Assembly: GCA_044229845.1 (NCBI GenBank)
Contig: JBGASG010000002.1
Coordinates: 320,001 to 384,000 of the forward strand
DNA: 64,000 bases
Direction: 5' to 3'
From: Candidatus Obscuribacteraceae bacterium
GTDB taxonomy: Bacteria; Cyanobacteriota; Vampirovibrionia; Obscuribacterales; Obscuribacteraceae
This document shows positions 46,801 through 55,857 of this stretch, piece by piece (position 1 is the stretch's first letter; each line of letters begins with the position of its first letter). The translations under genes were made by a program, and so were the position numbers. Under the pieces are notes generated by a model that was not told the DNA's origin, searched no databases, and saw nothing but the letters and a program-made list of their open reading frames with translations.

Positions 46801-48499
46801 GGCGGGAGATCAATCAGGATTCACTTTGACCATTTCCACTGCAACCGGCGAGAAGGTTATCCGCGGCGGCGGCAAGAAGAAGGATCCAGACGAAGAAGAT
46901 GCGGTGACCGACGATCAGAGCAACGGTGGACTGGGATACTTCACCACCGGACAGGATCCACAAAATCAAGATCCAAATAATCCTGGAGGGTCATCTGGCA
47001 CCGATCCGCAATCACTCGCGGCGGTCAGTCAAATCGACCCGAACTCAATATTGCCCGGGATCACAATTGTAATGACCGGACCAACCGATCCAAATGCTAA
47101 TGCCAGCGCAGCCGCAAATCCAACTTCCGTCGCGCAGATTGTCCAACCACCAAATGCCCAGATGGAGTCTACCGGTACGCAGTTCATCACACCAGCAACC
47201 GTCGCGCTGGTAAATACCGGACCCGAATCTCCAGTTGCTTATTCAACCAATCCTCAGCCCGCATCTCTGGCTCAGACAGAATACGTGCAGGCAACAAGCA
47301 CGTATCAAGAGGACACTCCCACGCCAGCGCAGCAGAGCACTCCTTCAACAGCGCAGCAGATTGCTGCCACTGCGCAAACGCAGGACTCTCCCTCCACGCA
47401 ACCCGACACTTCTTCAATCCAGAAACCGGACACTCCTTCCTCCACACAGACGGTCCAAGATCCTGTAACGGCACAGCATGTTCCAGCCTCTATATTCAGC
47501 GTTGAACCAATGAACTCGGTACAGCCGTCCGTTACTACAACGCAGGATCAGATTGCCACAGTTCAGCCATTGCCGACCGCTGATTTCACTCCGATTGGCG
47601 GCCAACCACCACAAGCGTTCCTACAGCAAATGTTGGATGCTGTGTCGCCTGACGAACGCGCTCCAGAAGAGCAGGGAACACAACCGAATCAGGCTACTCA
47701 CTGGATTGATCCAACTCAATTTTCGACCCATCCCGATCCGTATGTAGCAACATCAGCAACATCGACATATGAGACAAGTCAAATTCCTGACTGCATGGAG
47801 ATGCGAGCTGATTTGAGTCAGGAAAAAGTTCCAGAGCGGCGGATCGATAAGGACGACGACGATAGAAATAGCGAACTAGAGACACTTCGTTCCTGGAAGG
47901 AAAAGGAAGCTCGGCGCATGATGGACACACTCCTGGCCGATCAAGCAACCCGCAAGGATCAGCGCCTCTTCGTAGAAGAAGAAGTTCGCACGCGCTACAT
48001 TGTTCGCCCCGGCGACACACTCGAATCGATCGCCGCCAGCGTGCTGGGCGACAGCCGACTGGCGTTGCTAATTTTCAGAATCAATCGCCCGGTGATCCGC
48101 GTTACCTATCGCGACAACAAACAAATCATTGTTTTGAAACCGAATACCATTTTGCAGATGCCTACGCGAACTGAGATCGAGATGTTCCGCGCTACGATGA
48201 GCAGCAAGAAACCCAAGAAATCACGACAATATGTCAGCGACGGCGGACCAACAACGCGCATCAATTACACCGTCAGGCTTGGCGATACCCTGCGCACAAT
48301 CGCAACCCGCCATGCGTCCCTCCAAGACGGATCACTGTGGACATTGATCGCCGAGATCAATGGACTGAGTTCAGCTGCTGACACGAGTGGGACGCCAACT
48401 GCTCGCATTCAACGCGGTACGACCTTGATACTGCCTTCGAGTGAAGAGATTAGCGAATTCCGAGCACGTCAAACATCCGCAGTTCAGAATGCAGTATAA
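43847..48499 (+). CDS. Giant low-complexity protein with two C-terminal LysM-like domains
   Basis: YIVRPGDTLESIA..LIFRIN and YTVRLGDTLRTIA..LIAEING..GTTLILP; the rest is largely disordered. Confidence 0.8.
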   Translation: MSDPPGTDPFEVVETESACVEGQTRSTEGQRAAAEAEDNSAVQWNSGAQRALARVRSESGAHAAVMETFDAGNGFSLEGLQQAGTFLKNLWGRVRAAESAPLPSADSQHPTASESGDPSPLGQPGQPGSGSPTALAPLVPPPGGKNKSVGAVNEGGASDSPEDGLLGGVKNLFGGAFNSGYSGWFVPRGLQPSGYSGHDNHVNDNHGNGNQGNGNQFSDIGDGTPVMPPVPGGKKHSSNSGTSGATTDDTQLPSAAATALPLDGLFTEFIQRTFRGGAVHPQNGAHDTGSNGEVDNGLKVSKPAKSPLPTAGDFVEVATAGTVGAAGTTGTMAPGDDKNRTTYTTSWQNILKTFGFDFTEPQPESGGLSAQPIKKPNSPTPLNNDGAPGTVGGVPGVPGGAPGDQGTTNVVLPLSGKHGEQNKENGEEETTKALKSAFAFGQSTLMTLLGDYTPPSKRQVDPPPSGGSINNTDEIQNAQTRRHETNSNLTPGVASPGKTEVAAVTAQQYEDIKRQLGFFGTFFPTAEELKLPGGGTTVTNGTISLPELKRIVTMGSETLQSGFHASADAVTAGTSGSTSEQQTLALKKIPSIFNVFTNEFVVENGGGTAISEPVKKAGAFILTTANEPFFKDDPNLSNLGQRPALVKQENVNEPAELHRLPLAAALASAVTDTAADLTLNARPLKMVETALLDAGRFQSALLRNSAAETEAIAALKVSTVERLQSSCADVSSDVRVAAPDVRVAASANEKLDNPAPDAPRVLMAGFTSKPIGTEDQTASGALRIPPLGSMLSIAGLARESMDANASLLLGKLSDQGSLNGKLPLGEMIGVGKVSTNIGATDGIGKLPPGIAAADGKLAQSGEFGKTMLAEITRLAQLIEAGKNGSLISAGGRFPGMIDIGKPGENIVIPGLEGRIGRGAVNVSVGVGAEVLGDRGARFVATDIANKGIGIVIASGIETTLAGDRIGLIIGKGERIPFTEVISIRPAGDQSGFTLTISTATGEKVIRGGGKKKDPDEEDAVTDDQSNGGLGYFTTGQDPQNQDPNNPGGSSGTDPQSLAAVSQIDPNSILPGITIVMTGPTDPNANASAAANPTSVAQIVQPPNAQMESTGTQFITPATVALVNTGPESPVAYSTNPQPASLAQTEYVQATSTYQEDTPTPAQQSTPSTAQQIAATAQTQDSPSTQPDTSSIQKPDTPSSTQTVQDPVTAQHVPASIFSVEPMNSVQPSVTTTQDQIATVQPLPTADFTPIGGQPPQAFLQQMLDAVSPDERAPEEQGTQPNQATHWIDPTQFSTHPDPYVATSATSTYETSQIPDCMEMRADLSQEKVPERRIDKDDDDRNSELETLRSWKEKEARRMMDTLLADQATRKDQRLFVEEEVRTRYIVRPGDTLESIAASVLGDSRLALLIFRINRPVIRVTYRDNKQIIVLKPNTILQMPTRTEIEMFRATMSSKKPKKSRQYVSDGGPTTRINYTVRLGDTLRTIATRHASLQDGSLWTLIAEINGLSSAADTSGTPTARIQRGTTLILPSSEEISEFRARQTSAVQNAV

Positions 48500-48692
48500 G
48501 TAGAATTTTCTGATTTTCTATAACAATGTCTTGGATCAAGATCGCATTTTTCGCCGTCATCGCATATATTAATAGGCGACGGACGCGGAGCACCGGACAT
48601 GGTGAAGAAACGAACCAGATGCGAAAACAGCTTTTGCTACTGCAATGCTGAAAATAGCGACAGCGGATATTGCAGCGAAGACTGTGAAGACG

Positions 48693-50013
48693 GAGACTGT
48701 AAAATAATCTGTGTCAAAGGTCAGAGCCCAGGCGCTCACTAGAAAGGAGCCTGACCATGACTAAAAGTACCGACATGCTGGACGAACTCATTAAGGAGCA
48801 TCTGGCACAGGGCAAGCATCCAAAGGAGCTGCTAGCGGAGGGCGGTCTTCTCAAACAACTCACCAAGGCTATCGTTGAACGGTGCCTGGAAGGTGAGATG
48901 GAGGATCACCTCGGCTACGAGAAAGGCGAGCGCGCCGGCAAAGGCGGCGAGAATCGCCGCAACGGGTACAGCAAGAAGACGCTGACCACCGAGCAGGGCG
49001 ACATTACTCTTGGTGTTCCGCGCGATCGTAATGCCGACTTCGAACCGCAGGTGGTGTCAAAGCGGCAGACACGGCTGGAGGGATTCGACGACAAGATCCT
49101 AGCGATGTATGCACGCGGAATGACAGTCCGAGATATTCAGGCGCAACTCAAGGAAATATACGGCGCCGATGTTTCGCCGACCCTCATTTCGAACGTCACC
49201 GACGGCGTTCTCGAAGAGGTGAGAGCATGGCAAAGCCGTCCTCTGGATAATCTCTACCCGATCGTGTTTTTCGACGCGCTCGTGGTCAAGGTTCGCGAGA
49301 ACCAGCGTGTGATCAATAAGGCCGTTTATCTGGCACTAGCTGTGGACACCAACGGACAGAAAGAGCTACTCGGGATCTGGATCTCGCAGAATGAGGGAGC
49401 CAAGTTCTGGCTCGGCATTCTGACGGAACTGAAGAACCGCGGCGTCCAAGACATCCTAATCGCCTGCGTAGACGGGCTCACCGGCTTGGATGACGCAATT
49501 CAAACGGCGTTCCCGAAAACCTGGGTGCAGTTGTGCATCGTCCACATGGTGCGCAATTCGCTGAAGTACGTGTCTTGGAAGGATCGCAAGGCAATGGCTG
49601 CAGACCTCAAATCGATCTACCGCGCAGCCACGGAAACGGAGGCTGCCACGAACCTCGATGCAGTCGCGGCAAAATGGGACCACAAGTATCCGACCGTCAG
49701 CAAGTCCTGGCGCGAACACTGGGCAAAGATAATTCCGATGTTTGCTTTTCCGCACGACATCCGCAAGGTCATCTACACTACCAACGCCGTAGAGTCAGTG
49801 AACATGACGCTACGCAAGGCGAGCCGCAACCACCGAATTTTCCCGACGGACGAAGCCGTGTTCAAAGTCATGTACCTGGCCGCACAGAACATCGCGAAGA
49901 AATGGACCATGCCGCTGCGGGACTGGGGCGCAGCAATGAATCAATTTTCAATAGAGTTCGCAGGAAGGATCGCGCCGTGACTCAACCTTTGACACAAATC
50001 GATTGACAGATCC
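48693..50013 (+). mobile_element. Complete IS256-family insertion sequence (1321 bp)
   Basis: 28-bp imperfect IRs (48693-48720, 49986-50013; 20/28 match) and 8-bp target-site duplication TGAAGACG (48685-48692, 50014-50021). Confidence 0.95.
48757..49980 (+). CDS. IS256 family (Mutator-like) DDE transposase
   Basis: RRNGY, PRDR, FFDAL, CVDGLTG, QLCIVHMVRN, YTTNAVES. Confidence 0.97.
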   Translation: MTKSTDMLDELIKEHLAQGKHPKELLAEGGLLKQLTKAIVERCLEGEMEDHLGYEKGERAGKGGENRRNGYSKKTLTTEQGDITLGVPRDRNADFEPQVVSKRQTRLEGFDDKILAMYARGMTVRDIQAQLKEIYGADVSPTLISNVTDGVLEEVRAWQSRPLDNLYPIVFFDALVVKVRENQRVINKAVYLALAVDTNGQKELLGIWISQNEGAKFWLGILTELKNRGVQDILIACVDGLTGLDDAIQTAFPKTWVQLCIVHMVRNSLKYVSWKDRKAMAADLKSIYRAATETEAATNLDAVAAKWDHKYPTVSKSWREHWAKIIPMFAFPHDIRKVIYTTNAVESVNMTLRKASRNHRIFPTDEAVFKVMYLAAQNIAKKWTMPLRDWGAAMNQFSIEFAGRIAP

Positions 50014-50143
50014 TGAAGACGCTTCAGATGGTTCGCACTCTTGCACTTGCGATCACAACGATTGCGAAGCGCGCAGGCATCAAAGCGGGCTTAAATCCAA
50101 TCGAACGCTAGCGGTTCCACGTTGAACAGGGTCCGAGCAGTCA

Positions 50144-51289
50144 CTAAATAGTCACTAGCGGCGGCGATACATAAGACCTGACTTGCAGATCGCTAATTGG
50201 GTCTGCTCGGCGACATGCTGCGAGCAAGGAACCTTGCGGCCAGCGCTCTGGATTGACGAAGAAACAGTACACAGCCAGATAATGCTGTAAACGCTTTCTG
50301 CTCACCCCCTGATATGTCGCTCGAACAAAGTCAATTGCATTCGACACCCGAGTAGCTAGTGATGCCCCGAGCGTTGCAGAACGCGCTTCACTCTGCTCTT
50401 CAGTAAGTTCATCCGTCCCGCCTCTAACTTCCCTTAAGCGAGCAAATCTCTCTCCCGGAAATCGAATAATTACTCCACTGAATTCAAGCAAAGTCAGTGT
50501 TGAAGCCAGTTCAGCTGGTTCCATTTCCAGTCGATCACGCAAGACATCAAACCAAACCGGCTCCTCAGTTAGCGATTCAAAGACTAACCTCTGAGCCTCG
50601 GTCACTGCTTCTCCAAGTTGTAGGTCTTCCAGATGTATTTCGTGATGCTGCGCGCTGTGGCGTCGATCTTCGTCGCTGCTGATTTCGTCGCTCCCGATTT
50701 CATCAAGTTGCGGCTCATCAAGTTGCGGCTCATCGCCAAACATCCCGTCGATCACCAGTTGTTCAGCCAGAGGATGACTTCCTGCTGGAGTTTCGATGCT
50801 TCGCCGAAAAATGATCTTCGCAAAAGCGCGCGAGGAAACCAATTCAACCCCGTCGACATCAGGCTGTCTTATCAAATCGTCGAGCACCATTCCCATCTTC
50901 TGAAACATCTTCCAAATTGCGCCATAGCTTGCTCCAAGGAAGTTTGCAAACCGATTTGCATTGATCTGAACTCGTCGCTCGAATAGCCAAATCGCAAATA
51001 GCCAGTGCATTGGATCCCTTATCCCTTCAAAAAACGTTCCGGCCGTCAGCCAAGTCTTGGTATGACAATTAGGGCAAAGCATCGTTCGCGCGTCGATGCG
51101 CTCCAGTCCATGCGCTCCGCATCGTTTGCACACATATTCGCGATCGGGATCATCCACTCTGCACAATTCATCAACCTGAGCCTGCGCAGTTGGATAGACC
51201 CTAGAGAACAACTCCATTTCCACCGCAAGCGGATCCACAGTTAGTTCTTGGGCCTTCGATTTTTTCGATTTTCGTGATTCGTTTTGCAT
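50144..51289 (-). CDS. IS1595-transposase-derived protein (Zn ribbon + HTH, no DDE core) with inserted DprA-type winged helix
   Basis: CKRC..CPNC..TAGTFF; W..AIWL..; GAIWKMFQK; WH EEPVWFDVL..LTLLEFSGVI.RFPG; C-terminal TYQGVSRKRLQHYLA. Confidence 0.7.
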   Translation of the reverse strand: MQNESRKSKKSKAQELTVDPLAVEMELFSRVYPTAQAQVDELCRVDDPDREYVCKRCGAHGLERIDARTMLCPNCHTKTWLTAGTFFEGIRDPMHWLFAIWLFERRVQINANRFANFLGASYGAIWKMFQKMGMVLDDLIRQPDVDGVELVSSRAFAKIIFRRSIETPAGSHPLAEQLVIDGMFGDEPQLDEPQLDEIGSDEISSDEDRRHSAQHHEIHLEDLQLGEAVTEAQRLVFESLTEEPVWFDVLRDRLEMEPAELASTLTLLEFSGVIIRFPGERFARLREVRGGTDELTEEQSEARSATLGASLATRVSNAIDFVRATYQGVSRKRLQHYLAVYCFFVNPERWPQGSLLAACRRADPISDLQVRSYVSPPLVTI

Positions 51290-51381
51290 GAGTAAGTCCT
51301 CCTACTCATGTAACGATGTCACGCGCAAAAAAGTTCAATCATCCGAGATTAAATGAATGGGTGACCAAGAGGGTCAAAGCA

Positions 51382-51422
51382 AATAGATATCAGTTCGATG
51401 TAAACCCGAACCGATATCACTT
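51382..51422. repeat. Two degenerate GATATC-core palindromes (family locus 3)
   Basis: AATAGATATCAGTT 51382 and AACCGATATCACTT 51409, 27 bp apart. Confidence 0.75.
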
Positions 51423-51452
51423 GGGCATTATCTACCAGATGGTGACTTTGAC

Positions 51453-52016
51453 TTACGCGTAGACGAGCGGTGGCATCACCATTGTGGGTTCAACCACAGG
51501 CAATCTCACTTTTTTGGCGACTGTGTCTAGCACCAGTTCGAGACGTGCCAACGGAGATGCTGCTGGAATTCTCTTCACTGGGACATTGCGACTGGAATAG
51601 CAATGTTCGAATATAGGGGTGATCTTACGAGTGAACTCCTGATTCTCCCAACGGACTCCGTTGTTGTCGAAGCTAGAGAGTTCCTCTACAAGGAATGCCA
51701 TTTCATAACGCGATGGAATGAGATGATCGAAGTCGGCTGGAGGGACCATTCCGTCGTTGATGTAATAGGCTTCGCCGTCGTATAGCGCGCGGTCAAGGAA
51801 GACTATGTCGGCCGAATCGACATACGGTGCCTCCACTTCAAGCTGACGACGCAGGACTTCGCGTTGGAAGCGGTCACGGTCAACCCAGGGAAGAAATTCG
51901 CCTTCTTGGATGATTTGGGTAGCCTGTTCCGGAACGACGCGGAATCCTCGCTGTTCCAGGAGCGAGATAATCGTCGTTTTGCCTACGGATGGACCACCGG
52001 TTACGACAAACAGCAT
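51453..52016 (-). CDS. P-loop ATPase/kinase (AAA_28, NadR/Ttd14-like)
   Basis: VVTGGPSVGKTT, VPE.A, FLDR; ATG 52016 with AGGAG RBS. Confidence 0.85.
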   Translation of the reverse strand: MLFVVTGGPSVGKTTIISLLEQRGFRVVPEQATQIIQEGEFLPWVDRDRFQREVLRRQLEVEAPYVDSADIVFLDRALYDGEAYYINDGMVPPADFDHLIPSRYEMAFLVEELSSFDNNGVRWENQEFTRKITPIFEHCYSSRNVPVKRIPAASPLARLELVLDTVAKKVRLPVVEPTMVMPPLVYA

Positions 52017-52152
52017 CGTCGTTCTCCTGTGAGCAAGTTCTGCCTGCCCACTTCGGAGGGCGAAACAGATATATTGACAACAACGAGTATCGTCCCCATG
52101 GCGAGGTTTTTCCAATGAAAAAAAGTACACTTTCTGTTGTACACTGATTCCG

Positions 52153-52668
52153 ATGCGGATATTCGGCGTAGATCCTGGCACTGCCACCACCGGCTACGGT
52201 GTTCTCGATGTCTCCGGTCGCAGCACCTTTAGATATATAACTAGCGGCATTATCAGTACACCCAAGGATATGCCAATGCACGAGCGCCTGCGCACGATTC
52301 GGTCAGACGCGCTCAGCCTCTTGGCGGAGTACGCTCCGGATATCCTTGTCATCGAACAGCTCTTCTTTTTTCGTAATGCCACCACTGTAATCCCGGTTGC
52401 ACAGGCCCGGGGTGTTTTGTTGGAAGCAGCAGCTACATACAACATCGACGTAGCCGAATACACGCCGATGCAAGTGAAGCTGAATCTGACCGGCTACGGG
52501 CGCGCCGACAAGAAAATGGTGCAGACACTGGTAGCGAAGCTTCTAGACCATCCATCCATTATCAAACCCGATGACGCAGCCGATGCGGTCGCGTTATGCA
52601 TTTGTCACGCGCGGGCCGGATTGAGTTTCGCACCACAAGCGGTGCCCTCGATCCAGCCCCACCCCTGA
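52153..52668 (+). CDS. ruvC: Holliday junction resolvase RuvC
   Basis: GVDPG, IEQLFF, QARG, EYTP.QVK, GYGRADK, PDDAADA. Confidence 0.96.
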   Translation: MRIFGVDPGTATTGYGVLDVSGRSTFRYITSGIISTPKDMPMHERLRTIRSDALSLLAEYAPDILVIEQLFFFRNATTVIPVAQARGVLLEAAATYNIDVAEYTPMQVKLNLTGYGRADKKMVQTLVAKLLDHPSIIKPDDAADAVALCICHARAGLSFAPQAVPSIQPHP

Positions 52669-53585
52669 TGCCCGAAGCTAAACGACTCCGGATGAATTAG
52701 TTCGGCAAGAATCTCAAGCGACTCGACGACCCGAGGACCTGGTCGGTTGAAGTATTGATTGCCGTCAGCGACATAGACACGCCCTGCCTGCACGGCTTTC
52801 AAAGACTCCCAGCCGGGTTGCTGTGAGAGGAAATGCATATCCTGGCAGGTGCGAGCAATGTCGAAACCGCACGGCATGACGATAATCAAATCCGGGTCTG
52901 CCGCACGGAGATCGGCAAATTTCATTGCCGGAGAATGAGCGCCAGCTAAGCCGAAGAGGTTTGTCCCGCCGGCGATGTCCACAAGTTCCGGAACCCAGTT
53001 CCCGGCGGCCATCAAAGGATCAATCCATTCGATACACGCAACGCTTGGTCTGCCGCCGTCCGGGGATAGTTCCTTCACATGGCCAACCCGTTGCCGGATG
53101 TTGTCGATGCGACCATCCATGTCAGCCAGGAGCTGTGCTCCGCGCTCGGGCACGCGGAGAGCTTCACCAACTCGCTTGACGTCCGTCCAGATATCGGCCA
53201 GCGAATCCGGTTGCAGGGACACAATCCGGGGCTGGGAGCTGATCAGGCTGCATGCCGCCGCCTCCACATCCCGCAGGCTAACAGCACAGACTTCGCACTG
53301 AGATTGTGTAATTATGTGCGTGGGCTGGAGTTCAGCCAGTATTTGACTATCGACACGATAAACACTCAGAGCTTCCTGAAGAACCGCCCGCACTCGCTGG
53401 TCAATCTCATAGCTGGTACCATCAACATTGAATTTGGGCGAGGTGCAGACGGGTAGATCTTTAACAGAGGCGGGATAATCGCATTCATGGGAACGTCCCA
53501 CCACCCGATCCCCTAAGCCAAGCGCGAAAACAATCTCGGTTGCCGAGGCGATCAGCGAAACAATTCTCAGTCCGGTTGTATTCAT
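52605..53585 (-). CDS. Cobalamin/Fe-siderophore-type (BtuF-like) substrate-binding protein
   Basis: RIVSL..SATEI, VGRSHECDYP, EWIDP, GNWVPELV..AGG, YFNRPGPR. Confidence 0.88.
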   Translation of the reverse strand: MNTTGLRIVSLIASATEIVFALGLGDRVVGRSHECDYPASVKDLPVCTSPKFNVDGTSYEIDQRVRAVLQEALSVYRVDSQILAELQPTHIITQSQCEVCAVSLRDVEAAACSLISSQPRIVSLQPDSLADIWTDVKRVGEALRVPERGAQLLADMDGRIDNIRQRVGHVKELSPDGGRPSVACIEWIDPLMAAGNWVPELVDIAGGTNLFGLAGAHSPAMKFADLRAADPDLIIVMPCGFDIARTCQDMHFLSQQPGWESLKAVQAGRVYVADGNQYFNRPGPRVVESLEILAELIHPESFSFGHQGWGWIEGTACGAKLNPARA

Positions 53586-53615
53586 CGTCTATTCAGCTAT
53601 TCATCTGTTCTATAA

Positions 53616-55847
53616 GTGAGCATCGAGTTTAAAGAGAATAAGGCTCTGTACGAAGCGGTAAGCGAAGGCAAACCGTGGCCTCTGGGCGCGACTTGGGATG
53701 GGCAGGGCGTTAATTTTGCCATTTTCTCAGAACATGCTACCAAAGTAGAACTATGCCTGTTCGACTCAGTGGAGGCTCTCAAAGAAGTTCAGCGCGTCGA
53801 ACTCACGGAGCGCGACGCCTTCGTCTGGCACATCTATCTGAAGGGCATGAAACCCGGGCAGATGTACGGTTATCGAGTCTACGGTCCGTACGAGCCGGAG
53901 AAGGAGGGGCATCGATTCAACCCCAACAAACTGCTTACGGATCCCTATGCTAAAGCCATCGTTCGAGACGTGAAGTGGGACGACCGATTATTCGGCTATG
54001 TGGTTGTTCACGAGCCGCGCCAGACCGAGAAGGTAAAAAAAGAAGATGATACGGATGCCGATGAGGAAGAGAAAATAGACCTGACCTTCGACACCAGGGA
54101 CAGCGCGGCATACGCACCTTTATGCGCAGTGGTCGACGAGTCGTTTGACTGGGTAGACGATAAGCGCCCCGACATTCCCTGGAACCGGACAATCATCTAC
54201 GAATGTCACGTTAAAGGGCTTACGAAGCTCCATCCGGACATTCCCGAAGAGCTGCGCGGAACCTACTCGGGTGTGTCCAGTCCACCGATTATTGCCCACC
54301 TGAAGAAGCTGGGAGTCACTGCCATTGAACTTATGCCTGTGCATCACCATCTCGACAGCCGCTTCCTCGTAGAGAAAGGACTCGTCGATTACTGGGGCTA
54401 CAACACACTGGGATTCTTTGCTCCGGACAGGCGGTTCTCATCGCGTCCGGGATTAACCGATCACGTTCGCGAATTCAAAGAGATGGTGCGCGAGCTGCAT
54501 AGACACGACATTGAAGTCATTCTAGATGTCGTCTACAACCACACAGTCGAAGGTAACCAGTTAGGTCCAACTATCAGTTTCCGCGGCATCGACAACGTTT
54601 CCTACTACCGAACGGTTGCGGATGACCCGCGCTTCTACATGGACTATACGGGCTGCGGCAACACGCTGAACATGATGCACCCGAACGTCATCCAGTTGAT
54701 GATGGATAGCCTTCGTTACTGGGTCAATGAAATGCATGTGGACGGGTTTCGCTTCGACCTAGCCAGTGCTCTGGCTCGCGAATTGTACGATGTCGATCAC
54801 CTGGGCGCCTTCTTCGACGTAATTCAACAAGATCCTGTTGTTGGTCGGGTCAAACTGATCGCCGAACCCTGGGATGTTGGACCAGGCGGCTATCAAGTTG
54901 GCAATTTCCCGGCATTGTGGACCGAATGGAACGGCAAATACCGCGACACAGTCCGCCGCTTTGTCAAAGGTGACGAAGGCGTTGTGGGAGAAACAGCAAC
55001 CCGCCTCACCGGTAGCAGTGATCTCTATGAGAAATCTGGACGGCGCCCTCATGCCAGCATCAATTTCGTGACATGCCACGACGGCTTCACGTTACAAGAT
55101 CTGGTTTCGTACAACCAAAAACACAACGAGTCTAATAAAGAAGGAAACCGCGACGGCGAAAACAACAACAACAGCTGGAACTGTGGAGTCGAATCACAAA
55201 CCAAAGACAAGGCCATCAAGGCACTCCGCTATCAGCAAAAACGCAACTTCATGACCCTCCTCCTCTTCTCGATCGGCGTCCCCATGCTCAGCGGCGGCGA
55301 CGAACTTGGGCACACTCAAAGCGGAAACAACAACGCGTACTGCCAGGACAATCCAGTCAGCTGGTATCCGTGGGAATTAACCGATCGCGAAGACGAGCGT
55401 TTCTTCGAATTCGTACAGAGGCTCATTGAACTCAGAAAGTCTCAGCTCTCAATCCATCGCAAATCATTTTTCCGCGGCGATCTGGTTGAAGGTCGCTACC
55501 AGAACGACATTTACTGGTTGCACCCAGAGGGTCGCGAGATGAAGGAGTCAGACTGGACCGACAGACAACTGCGCACGCTGGGAATTCTCATCGAAGGCAG
55601 TGGCATTTGCGAAGTCGATGAGGTTCTGGGACCGGTCTGCGGGCACACCTTGCTGATCCTCGCCAATTCCTCCCACCTGGATTCGCCGTTTGAGATACCC
55701 AAGCACCCCCTGGGACCAACATGGAGCTTGCTGGTAGAAACATCCGAGCGAGTCTCCCGCACGACCTGGGATGCCGAGAGCTATTTCCCACTAAAAGCCC
55801 GCAGCGTTGCTGTTTTTCAGCTCGACGAGCCCATGGAACAGCGCTAA
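53616..55847 (+). CDS. glgX: Glycogen debranching enzyme
   Basis: PLGATWDG.GVNFA, YWGYNT, DVVYNHT, DGFRFDLA, AEPWD, CHDGFTL, NNNAYCQD. Confidence 0.96.
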   Translation: MSIEFKENKALYEAVSEGKPWPLGATWDGQGVNFAIFSEHATKVELCLFDSVEALKEVQRVELTERDAFVWHIYLKGMKPGQMYGYRVYGPYEPEKEGHRFNPNKLLTDPYAKAIVRDVKWDDRLFGYVVVHEPRQTEKVKKEDDTDADEEEKIDLTFDTRDSAAYAPLCAVVDESFDWVDDKRPDIPWNRTIIYECHVKGLTKLHPDIPEELRGTYSGVSSPPIIAHLKKLGVTAIELMPVHHHLDSRFLVEKGLVDYWGYNTLGFFAPDRRFSSRPGLTDHVREFKEMVRELHRHDIEVILDVVYNHTVEGNQLGPTISFRGIDNVSYYRTVADDPRFYMDYTGCGNTLNMMHPNVIQLMMDSLRYWVNEMHVDGFRFDLASALARELYDVDHLGAFFDVIQQDPVVGRVKLIAEPWDVGPGGYQVGNFPALWTEWNGKYRDTVRRFVKGDEGVVGETATRLTGSSDLYEKSGRRPHASINFVTCHDGFTLQDLVSYNQKHNESNKEGNRDGENNNNSWNCGVESQTKDKAIKALRYQQKRNFMTLLLFSIGVPMLSGGDELGHTQSGNNNAYCQDNPVSWYPWELTDREDERFFEFVQRLIELRKSQLSIHRKSFFRGDLVEGRYQNDIYWLHPEGREMKESDWTDRQLRTLGILIEGSGICEVDEVLGPVCGHTLLILANSSHLDSPFEIPKHPLGPTWSLLVETSERVSRTTWDAESYFPLKARSVAVFQLDEPMEQR

Positions 55848-55857
55848 GCCAAAACTC

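Larger units (their letters stand above)
48599..50125 (+). pseudogene. Bacterial metallothionein-like gene (65 aa) interrupted by IS256
   Basis: Joining 48599-48692 to 50022-50125 gives MVKKRTRCENSFCYCNAENSDSGYCSEDCEDASDGSHSCTCDHNDCEARRHQSGLKSNRTLAVPR*; GGAG RBS upstream. Confidence 0.8.

Noticed and set aside
50144..51289. Active IS1595 element
   Set aside because: No DDE motifs, terminal IRs or target-site duplication found.
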